A stretch of DNA of 64,000 bases from Candidatus Nanohalarchaeota archaeon (GTDB lineage Archaea; Nanohalarchaeota; Nanosalinia; Nanosalinales; Nanosalinaceae), in contig JALDAJ010000001.1 of assembly GCA_022729235.1 (NCBI GenBank), positions 768,001 through 832,000 on the forward strand, read 5' to 3'. The translations under genes were made by a program, and so were the position numbers. Below, in pieces: positions 47,118-54,995 of this stretch. Every line of letters begins with the position of its first letter. Positions within the stretch are counted from its first letter, which is position 1. Below the pieces are notes generated by a model that was not told where the DNA came from, made no database searches, and worked only from the letters and a program-made list of their open reading frames with translations.

Positions 47118-48170
47118 ATGGAATATGATGTTGTGTCTCAGGAAGCAGATCTGATTTCGGAAATCGAGTCCTACATGTATGAAGATCTTTTAGAAGAGTA
47201 CACCTTTTCTGAAAGTCCAGTTTCTCAGGAAGAGGTTGATGTAGCTAAGTACCATATAGGACTTGGAAGCTCTATGAGACGTCCCAAAGTGTTCTTCAGT
47301 TTTCTTGAAGGACCGGGAACCTTCTATGGTAGAGACGCGGGAATACAGGTAGCCTCTAATCTACAGATCCAGCACGAAAGCTCTCTCTGGAAAGACGATG
47401 TTGACGATGACGATAAAGAGAGGAGAGATGGTAACTCCTACTGGTACGAACTCGCGCAAAGGATAGGCAATGAAGAGGTTGCAAAGTCTAACACTATAGA
47501 TATGGCGATAAATGCTGTTGTTTTACCTTTCAGAGATTTAAACAGCCCTGGATTAGATGATAAAGCTGAGTTAATCCGTGTAATGGGCAAAACCATCTCG
47601 ATGCTCACAGAAGGACAGTCTCAAGATAACTATGAGGCAGGAGTTGACTCTCCAGAACTGGTGCAAGACTATAGGGATGAAGAAAGGAGATACGATGAAA
47701 GAGTTCGGCTCAAGACTGGTGCGCTTATAGAGGCGCCTGCTGTCTGTGGAGCTATAATGTCGGATGCTGATATGGAAGCTGCCTCAGAATGGGGTCAGGA
47801 ATTAGGATGGATATACCAGGTTCAGGATGATATATACGACAATCATGAGGACAACAAAAAAGGAAGGTTCTCTGATGCCCAGCAACCCGGACAGTCTCTC
47901 CTATGGATAAGAGCATTAGAAAATGATGAAACAGGTAGGACAGAAGAAGTACTCTCCCAGGACAACCCGGATGAGGAAGAGCTGGAAGAGATCTGGGAGT
48001 TAGCTAGGGAGAACGGTACAGCAGATGAACTAGTGGAAGATATGAAGGGAAGACAGGCTTACGCTAACCAGCTTCTTGATGAGATAGAATGGCAGAATCC
48101 TGAATATAGACGGTACCTGGAAGTATTGCCAGCAGAATTGATTCGTCGCGCGGAGACGGCACTAGAATAA
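47118..48170 (+). CDS. polyprenyl synthetase family protein
   Basis: First Asp-rich motif DDVDDDD..RR, GQ..D, KTGAL, second motif YQVQDDIYD. Confidence 0.8.
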   Translation: MEYDVVSQEADLISEIESYMYEDLLEEYTFSESPVSQEEVDVAKYHIGLGSSMRRPKVFFSFLEGPGTFYGRDAGIQVASNLQIQHESSLWKDDVDDDDKERRDGNSYWYELAQRIGNEEVAKSNTIDMAINAVVLPFRDLNSPGLDDKAELIRVMGKTISMLTEGQSQDNYEAGVDSPELVQDYRDEERRYDERVRLKTGALIEAPAVCGAIMSDADMEAASEWGQELGWIYQVQDDIYDNHEDNKKGRFSDAQQPGQSLLWIRALENDETGRTEEVLSQDNPDEEELEEIWELARENGTADELVEDMKGRQAYANQLLDEIEWQNPEYRRYLEVLPAELIRRAETALE

Positions 48171-48196
48171 AAAGCGTTACCAGTTCTAACTAAACT

Positions 48197-49606
48197 ATGA
48201 CAGAAGTAAAAATAGGATTGGAGACTCACGTCCAGCTGGATACTGAGACAAAGCTTTTCTGTGGTTGTTCGAACAGTGATGTGGAGGAGCCGAACAGCAA
48301 CGTGTGCCCGGTGTGTCTTGGACATCCCGGGAGTAAGCCGAGGCTGAACCACGCTGTACTTGAAAAAGCGGTGAAGACTGCGCTTGCACTCCAGTGTGAT
48401 ATCAACGAGGACATCTATTTCTCCCGCAAGACTTATTTCTACCCGGACATGAGCAAGAACTACCAGATAACGCAGTACGAGGTGCCTGTCGGCGGACAGG
48501 GCGTGCTGGAGGTCAAGATGGGGGATGAGAAGAAAGAAGTTGATATCTCCCGGTTACACATAGAAGAAGACCCGGCTAAACTGGAGCACGTTGGTGGCTC
48601 GATATCAAATGCGAAGTACACGCTCGTGGACTACAACCGCGCAGGGACACCGCTACTTGAAATCGTTACGGAACCAGTCTTCGAGTCGCCTGGAGAAGCC
48701 CGGGCCTACCTTCAGCAACTTTCACAAATCTTTGAATACCTCGGTATATACCATCCAGAGTCAAGTTTCTCAATCAAGAGCGATGCGAACGTTTCAATTG
48801 AGGGCGGCTCCCGCGTGGAGGTCAAGAACATAACAGGGACTGCGGGGATTGAGAAAGCGCTGAGTTATGAGATATCAAGGCAGAAACAGCTAAAGAGGCG
48901 TGGCAGAGAGGTAGAACAGGAGACCAGGAGCTATAACGCCGGGCAGGAAATCACGGAGAAACTCAGGGAGAAGGAGACCGAGAAAGATTACGGCTACATT
49001 TTCGACCCTGACCTGACAAGACAGGTGCTTGGTGAAGAGTTCCGGGAAGAGATGCGTGATGAGATACCGGAGCTACCGCACGAGAAATTTGACCGGTTCA
49101 AACAAGAGTACGGACTTCCCGGCAAACAGGTGGAATCGCTCATAACTGAACCCGAGCTTGCGGAAGACTTCGAGGAGTTTGCGGAGGAGCATGATACAGG
49201 ACTGGTAGCTTCCTGGCTTACTGGAGAACTGAGGAAGACACTGAACTACAATGATCTTACCTATGCCGAGTCAGGGGTCAAGAAGGAATGGCTTGAATAC
49301 GTAGTCGAGCTACTCGAGGATGACAGGATATCCGACAGGAACGCAGAGATGCTTCTGCGGAAGTTAGTTGAGAGACCGCGCGAGCCTGGAGAAATAGTGG
49401 AGGAAGAGGACTTACTGAAGGCGGACGAATCAGAGGTTGACTCTATAGTTGAATCAGTTATCGAAGATAACGAGGACGCAGTTGAGGATTATAATTCAGG
49501 AGACAACGGTGCATTGAACTTCCTTGTCGGACAGGTCATGCAGGAGAGCCAGGGCAAGGCTGATCCGAAAACAGCAAGAGAGAAGATTAAAGAGCGTCTG
49601 GGATGA
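48197..49606 (+). CDS. gatB: Asp/Glu-tRNA amidotransferase subunit B
   Basis: IGLETHVQL, RKTYFYPD, HIEED, DYNRAGTPL.EIVTEP. Confidence 0.97.
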   Translation: MTEVKIGLETHVQLDTETKLFCGCSNSDVEEPNSNVCPVCLGHPGSKPRLNHAVLEKAVKTALALQCDINEDIYFSRKTYFYPDMSKNYQITQYEVPVGGQGVLEVKMGDEKKEVDISRLHIEEDPAKLEHVGGSISNAKYTLVDYNRAGTPLLEIVTEPVFESPGEARAYLQQLSQIFEYLGIYHPESSFSIKSDANVSIEGGSRVEVKNITGTAGIEKALSYEISRQKQLKRRGREVEQETRSYNAGQEITEKLREKETEKDYGYIFDPDLTRQVLGEEFREEMRDEIPELPHEKFDRFKQEYGLPGKQVESLITEPELAEDFEEFAEEHDTGLVASWLTGELRKTLNYNDLTYAESGVKKEWLEYVVELLEDDRISDRNAEMLLRKLVERPREPGEIVEEEDLLKADESEVDSIVESVIEDNEDAVEDYNSGDNGALNFLVGQVMQESQGKADPKTAREKIKERLG

Positions 49607-49869
49607 CAGAAGAAATCGAGTCTCTCAGAGAGGAACTGGATACTGATGATGTCGGTCAGAAACGATACCTGATGTATACTGTATTTGATCTTGTTCTTGA
49701 GAAAACGTACGAGCTAAATGAGGAGGAGCTGCCCGAGGTTAAAAATCGTGTCGAAGAATTAAACGGCATCGACGGCTACATGTACAAGCTATCCCAAGAC
49801 TTTTTGACCTCTTCAAGCACGCTGGAAAAAGAGAGAAAGCTGGAGAAGATGGTTAAGTATGTAATTTAA
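49603..49869 (+). CDS. hypothetical protein
   Basis: ATGA overlap with gatB stop. Confidence 0.7.
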   Translation: MTEEIESLREELDTDDVGQKRYLMYTVFDLVLEKTYELNEEELPEVKNRVEELNGIDGYMYKLSQDFLTSSSTLEKERKLEKMVKYVI

Positions 49870-49968
49870 GGCTCTGAACGAGGTTGAGTAGAGGAGGCTT
49901 CGAAATAAGGTCTGAAAGATTTTGTTCTTCTGAAGTAGTAATTTAAATCTTGTTTCTATTTAGTCCTC

Positions 49969-50880
49969 ATGGGCTCAGACTACGGATTTGAGGAATGGAT
50001 GGAAGAAACCGTAGATGAAGAAAGAAAGATTTTTCGTTATTCGGATGTTTTCGGAGAAGAAGGGCTGTCAGCTGAAAGAGTGGAAAATTACGCAGCTGAT
50101 TTGAAAGATATGATGGCAAGATTAGGTTACAGTCCCGTTGAAGGTATAGAGGAACCTGAAGATTTGACGTCACCTCGGCTTCCTAGAGAAATCGAGGTTG
50201 ACCCGGGCTCTGGAGGTATGCGTCAACTAGAGAAGGAAGAAGTACCGGAGCAGTACTGGTTATTTTCACAGAGTTTTGAGCCCTTCATCTATGAGAAAGG
50301 AAGTGATGATTACGTGGCGATGTATGTCCCAAAGGTGGAGAAAGGAGAAACAGCTAGAGTTGAATTCTTTTTACCTCAGTTTTGGATGGAGACGGAGGAG
50401 GGATTCCGTGATTCTTATGAAGACGAGCCTGAAAAGATAGCTCCTTTCCTCGCATGGGAGATGCAGCAAGATTTTGTAGAGTTTCTTTGGGAAGAGGGAG
50501 AATCGGATCTTGCTGAAACAGTCCAAGACAGCCAGCAACTATGGGAGAGCCTTAGGAGGGAACCGAATAGTGAGGATTATGAAACAGGATGGGAGATGTT
50601 TGTAGATTACTATATAGAAGAGAGGGCAGAAGAACTACCAGACAGAGCTGAGTCGATCGAGGTTAGAGAGGAGATAAATAATATAATCGATGAAGTAGGG
50701 GAGGCTCTTCAACATGGTGAAAGCCAAAGAATCCCTGATGAACTAGATGATAATCACAACGTCTTCACTATATCTGCAGTTTCCTCTGTGGATATAGAGA
50801 CCTTTATTCAGGATTTACATAGAGCCTCTGAAGGTATGGATAACATTAGGCAAAGTTTTCCTCTCGAACATAAGTTCTAA
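49969..50880 (+). CDS. hypothetical acidic protein
   Basis: 303-aa ORF; TTTAAA about 25 nt upstream. Confidence 0.7.
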   Translation: MGSDYGFEEWMEETVDEERKIFRYSDVFGEEGLSAERVENYAADLKDMMARLGYSPVEGIEEPEDLTSPRLPREIEVDPGSGGMRQLEKEEVPEQYWLFSQSFEPFIYEKGSDDYVAMYVPKVEKGETARVEFFLPQFWMETEEGFRDSYEDEPEKIAPFLAWEMQQDFVEFLWEEGESDLAETVQDSQQLWESLRREPNSEDYETGWEMFVDYYIEERAEELPDRAESIEVREEINNIIDEVGEALQHGESQRIPDELDDNHNVFTISAVSSVDIETFIQDLHRASEGMDNIRQSFPLEHKF

Positions 50881-51098
50881 TCTTCTGGCGGTATCATCTT
50901 GAGGTCGACTTCGAGCCCGGTGTCGTCCTGGATTATCTGGAACGGTATGATGTCTTCATAGGGCTGGTAGAGTTTCCAGTCACCGCCCTGTATCATGACT
51001 TCGTCCTCATCTTCTATAGAATCCGCCAGTTCGCGCAGAAAATTTGCTGCATCCTCTTTCTTCAACCGGAGTTCTTTGCGGAAGTTTTCGGTCATCAT
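50877..51098 (-). CDS. amphi-Trp domain-like protein
   Basis: AANFLRELADSIE motif; AGGTGA SD. Confidence 0.7.
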   Translation of the reverse strand: MMTENFRKELRLKKEDAANFLRELADSIEDEDEVMIQGGDWKLYQPYEDIIPFQIIQDDTGLEVDLKMIPPED

Positions 51099-51179
51099 AT
51101 CACCTGTTGAAAATCACAGCTTTTCTCAAGTGCGAAAACGTCCGGACATTTTCTTGATTTCTCGAATCTGTGATTCTGG

Positions 51180-52388
51180 TCATGCAAACATCTCCTCGGG
51201 ATGTAGTTCCTCTCCGGCGAGGAAGTCTTTTTCAACCCCTATATTCCCTTCCTTGAGGTCCTGGACAGCTTCCTGGAAGTCGGTCATGCCGACTGTGGCG
51301 TCTGAGATGTGGTTCGACCGGTCAAGTGCGTTGATAGCGGCTTGTTTAACTATCTGTTTTATATCGCGTCCGGTAAAGTCGTCATCTAACTCCGATGCAA
51401 TCAGGTTGAGGTCGACATCGTTCTCGAGTTCGATGAGTCGTGTGTGCACCTGTAGGATCTCCTTCTTAGCGTCCTGATCCGGTACCGGTACTTCTAGCGC
51501 GCTGCATCTGTTGAGAAGAGCAGGGTCCATAACGTCAGGCTTGTTGGTTGCGAATATGGATATGATGTCGGAGCCTTTCTCCGTGTCCAGTCCATCGAGT
51601 TCTGAGAGGAGCTGTGACATGGTTCTCTCGACTTCTTCACCGCCGTGCCGTCTGTCGTCGAGACGTTTCTTCGCGATGGCATCGATTTCATCGATGAAGA
51701 TTATCGCGGGTTTGTCGGAGGCGCGTGCCTGCTCGTACAGTCTTTTGACCTTTTTCGCGCCTTCTCCTATGAATTTTTCTACCAGCTGTGGACCGTTTAT
51801 CATGAACATGTTTGCGTTGTACTCATTGCTCAACGCCTTGACAAGGTGGGTTTTACCGGTTCCTGGCTTTCCGATAAGTAGTATGCTCTTATCGAAGTCC
51901 ATTCCCCACTCGTTTATTTTCTGTCTCTTGTCAGAGTCCAGCTGTGCGCCGACGTTTGACTTTAGACCTTCTATTATGTGGTCGAGTCCTCCGATATCCT
52001 GGAATGTAACCTCTGTGTCGATAGGGGTGAAGTCCGCGTCTTTACTTTTCCCGACGATATCTGTTACCTTGAAACTGTTGGGGTCGAGCGCGACCTCTGT
52101 ACCTGCGGAAAAGTCGCTGGGGCTGTGTCCTTTTGGAATCTCTACGCCGTATCTTCCTTTCATGTTTCCTGATGCTTCCACCCATAACCGCTCTCCATCG
52201 TACTCGGAGATTACAACTCCCCTGAGGACAGGTGTTTTCAGGTTGGTCCCATTAGGATTGGCTTTCTGTTTTTGCTTCTGCTGGGTCTGGAAGTACTGTG
52301 GAAACTGTACGCGCTGTTTTTTACCCTGGGATTTCTGCTTCTGATTTTTCTCTTTCTTATCTTCGACCTCGGAATTCTCTTCACTCAT
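51180..52388 (-). CDS. PAN-like AAA+ ATPase (divergent)
   Basis: OB-like region, FQDIGGL, GKPGTGKT, KFIGEG, IDEID, C-terminal MFA. Confidence 0.8.
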   Translation of the reverse strand: MSEENSEVEDKKEKNQKQKSQGKKQRVQFPQYFQTQQKQKQKANPNGTNLKTPVLRGVVISEYDGERLWVEASGNMKGRYGVEIPKGHSPSDFSAGTEVALDPNSFKVTDIVGKSKDADFTPIDTEVTFQDIGGLDHIIEGLKSNVGAQLDSDKRQKINEWGMDFDKSILLIGKPGTGKTHLVKALSNEYNANMFMINGPQLVEKFIGEGAKKVKRLYEQARASDKPAIIFIDEIDAIAKKRLDDRRHGGEEVERTMSQLLSELDGLDTEKGSDIISIFATNKPDVMDPALLNRCSALEVPVPDQDAKKEILQVHTRLIELENDVDLNLIASELDDDFTGRDIKQIVKQAAINALDRSNHISDATVGMTDFQEAVQDLKEGNIGVEKDFLAGEELHPEEMFA

Positions 52389-52518
52389 TTGTTTCACCCG
52401 TTGGTAAAGCTGGACGAACAGATTCTTTAAACGCGTCAGCCAGCCCATCAATTAACACGTTGAAACTTCCTGTCTTATCTTTATAAAACCGATATCGATA
52501 TTAATAGGGAAATGTGTA

Positions 52519-52663
52519 CGAGCCCGCAGGGATTTGAACCCTGGACCTTTCGGTATCTTCTATCGAAAATCACGGGACCGTGATTTTCTTAGTCCTCGTT
52601 CTCCAGGAGGGAGAACTTGAGGAGCCGAAGCCGAATGCTCTGTCCGGACTGAGCTACGGGCCC
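52519..52663 (-). tRNA. tRNA-Arg(UCG) with 70-nt intron at 37/38 (52555-52624)
   Basis: Acceptor GGGCCCG/CGGGCTC, anticodon stem TTCGG/CCGAA, loop CT-TCG-G|A, TTCAAAT T-loop; CTTC/GAAG central helix of a bulge-helix-bulge motif. Confidence 0.92.
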
Positions 52664-52699
52664 CTTTGTTTCTTCAAGAGAAATTTCCTGTTGGAAGTC

Positions 52700-53044
52700 T
52701 TAAATAACGTTGGAGTCGGTCATCCTCTCCCTGCATTCTTCACACCGCTCCGCAAGCTCCTTGATGTTCTTCTCAATGTTGATTTCTCCGAGGTCTAGTT
52801 TGTCCCTGTAATCCATAGGGCTGTCATGTTCAAATCCGCGGCGTTCCAGCTCCTCCACGAGGTCGTCGTGCCGCTCCTGTATAAGCGACGTATCGATCTG
52901 GTTCTCCTCGGCGTGTCCTTCGACCACTTTTCTGCCGTGGGCGTGGTTTCTGAGCGTTCCGACTTCCTGATGCATCTCGCTGTGTTCTCCAAGCAGGTGC
53001 TGGTCGCACATCAGCTTTGGATTGATTCCCCACATCCTTGTCAT
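52700..53044 (-). CDS. pyrimidine dimer DNA glycosylase (T4 endonuclease V-like)
   Basis: MTRMW..NP..MCDQHLLGEH.E, RHD.L..E..RRG..H.SP. Confidence 0.85.
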   Translation of the reverse strand: MTRMWGINPKLMCDQHLLGEHSEMHQEVGTLRNHAHGRKVVEGHAEENQIDTSLIQERHDDLVEELERRGFEHDSPMDYRDKLDLGEINIEKNIKELAERCEECRERMTDSNVI

Positions 53045-53176
53045 GGCGGCTCGGTTTTAGGTCTGTATAAGATTTTTTATCTAGTTCCTCTCCTACAGTT
53101 TTGATTAACTGTACTGTCCAGTAAACAGGACCTTTTAAGTAGTGAGCTATCCGCCCAGAGTGGAGGTGATCACACG

Positions 53177-53281
53177 ATGTGCCATAAGCCCTGCGGTCAG
53201 ACTGCGGAGGAGACAGAGGAGTCGGCAGAACCGGATGAGCGCCAGGAAGAGGAAGAGCTCAAGGTCACAGCAGAAGCCTGA
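53177..53281 (+). CDS. small acidic protein starting MCH (34 aa)
   Basis: GGAGGTGAT SD; MCHKPCGQTAEETEE...VTAEA*. Confidence 0.65.
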   Translation: MCHKPCGQTAEETEESAEPDERQEEEELKVTAEA

Positions 53282-53369
53282 GCAAATATGTCAAAACCTT
53301 TCTTTCAACTTTCTTAACGGAACATCATGCCTGTACAGTAATAAAAAATATTAGTACCTTCTTCAGTGC

Positions 53370-53675
53370 ATGTCGGATATTAGAGGCAAATTCCAAGAGG
53401 CAGAAGAGATTCTGAAGGATGAAGGACTTGCGTCTTTAGCGAGAGATTTTTCTGAGTATTACGTGGAGAGAAGAGAAGACAATATTGTAGTCAGAGAAAG
53501 AGGTGGTTGCTTTTGCGAAGCTTACGAAGACGTAGATGAGTTTTTAGAGGTAATTAGAGAGTATGGGGATAACCGTTTTGAAGAGTATGAAACTGGTAAC
53601 GGTCATCTTCACATATTTGACAGGTATTCTCCTGATGCATGGATACAGGGAGACCCTGTTAAAATAGAAAGATGA
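53370..53675 (+). CDS. hypothetical protein
   Basis: 101-aa acidic ORF. Confidence 0.6.
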   Translation: MSDIRGKFQEAEEILKDEGLASLARDFSEYYVERREDNIVVRERGGCFCEAYEDVDEFLEVIREYGDNRFEEYETGNGHLHIFDRYSPDAWIQGDPVKIER

Positions 53676-53676
53676 G

Positions 53677-53907
53677 TTAGTCCTCGTCTTCATCCGTCAA
53701 TGCTTCTACGGGGTATGTCTTGTCGCACTGTGGATAACCCTCGCAGCCCCAGAAGTAGCCGTACCGACCCTCTCTGATCTTCATGGGCATCCCGCACTCG
53801 GGGCACCCAACATCTTTCGGTTCCTTGTCCTTGTGATCTTTGCAGACCGGCTGTCCCTCGCGGTTGGTCTTCGTCGCGTTCTTGCCGCAGAACACGCACT
53901 TCGACAT
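53677..53907 (-). CDS. topoisomerase-type C4 zinc-finger protein
   Basis: CPECG.PM..REGRYG.FWGC.GYPQC plus an N-terminal C2-CH finger. Confidence 0.85.
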   Translation of the reverse strand: MSKCVFCGKNATKTNREGQPVCKDHKDKEPKDVGCPECGMPMKIREGRYGYFWGCEGYPQCDKTYPVEALTDEDED

Positions 53908-53991
53908 CTTGGTTTCTCGCTTGTTCATGCATATTCTAGTGGCGGATAGTTTTTTGTAGGTGACTCAGAGACTTGAGGAACAGGATGTCCT

Positions 53992-54429
53992 CTAGTCCTT
54001 TTCCCTGCCGTTAAGCTTCCTGAAGACTTCAAGTACTTCTTCCGCGGATAATTCTTCCAGGTTCTGTATCTCCTTTCTCCCAAGTTTAGTCTTCATGGAG
54101 TCGATCAGTGCTTCTTTAAGCTCCTCGTGTTTCCCGTTTTCCAGCCATGCTTCGTTGACAAGCGCCAGTGCATCTTTGTCTGTGCCCTCTATCACGCTGA
54201 GACCGATTTCCATCGCAGTCGATGCAACGCCGTAGATGTCGTGTAGGTCTCTATCTTCATCTACTTCCTCCTCTAACCTCTCCTCGAAAGGTTCGAAGCA
54301 ACTCTCCTTCACAAGTTCGGCTTCGTTTTTCTCTGAGTAGCCAGGTTCATTGTCTCGGAGCTCTAACCTGGTTTTATCAATATCTGGACTAGATAGATTA
54401 AAGTTGTTGCTTGAGGTTGTTTTTGACAT
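53992..54429 (-). CDS. hypothetical protein
   Basis: 145-aa acidic ORF; TTTAAAA upstream. Confidence 0.6.
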   Translation of the reverse strand: MSKTTSSNNFNLSSPDIDKTRLELRDNEPGYSEKNEAELVKESCFEPFEERLEEEVDEDRDLHDIYGVASTAMEIGLSVIEGTDKDALALVNEAWLENGKHEELKEALIDSMKTKLGRKEIQNLEELSAEEVLEVFRKLNGREKD

Positions 54430-54640
54430 GTAGACAGTTTTTAGAATTTTCTTTTAAATATAAAGGCTTAGTTTTCCGTTAATTCCGATATAAACTTGTT
54501 TTCTATTCTTTGTATTCTGTGGTGTGAGAGCATCAGTTCCTATCTTATGGTGTGTTTGCCTGGCGCGTTAAGTGCTTCTGCTTTTTATCGAACCAATCGG
54601 TTTAAAACTCTAAATCAATCTCATCCAATATACACTGTAC

Positions 54641-54712
54641 GCGGAGTTGGTCCAGTGGCTAAGACTCCAGCCTTCCAAGCTGGCGACCCGGGTTCAAATC
54701 CCGGACTCCGCA
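54641..54712 (+). tRNA. tRNA-Gly(UCC)
   Basis: GCGGAGT/ACTCCGC acceptor, CCAGC-CT-TCC-AA-GCTGG anticodon arm, TTCAAAT T-loop; TTTAAAA promoter at 54601. Confidence 0.96.
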
Positions 54713-54730
54713 TCGCTTTCAGCGCTGCTA

Positions 54731-54911
54731 GTTCCAGGATTTTGAGAAAACTTGTTTTCTTCGACTTCACTCCCCGACGCCGCAAACTCTTTCTGGGTTT
54801 GTCTGATCCAAGAAGATTTCCGATCTTCGGACGCCGCATCAGTTTCTTCCGAAACTGCTGCTTGAAGAACACGCAGTGCTTCGCGCCGCAAAAACTTCTG
54901 AAACCTGGAAC
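54731..54911. repeat. 181-nt structured element with terminal inverted repeats
   Basis: GTTCCAGG...CCTGGAAC ends, internal hairpins, CGCCGCA at 54778, 54832, 54884. Confidence 0.6.
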
Positions 54912-54995
54912 CGTTAATTTTCCGATTCTCTTCACTTTAGCATGTGTTTTCTGGTGTAATAGTTCTTTTTGGGAGTGGGTTTTGATGAGTTGTTT

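Noticed and set aside
52580-52798. 72-aa ORF on the + strand
   Set aside because: It is antisense to tRNA-Arg and to the glycosylase gene.
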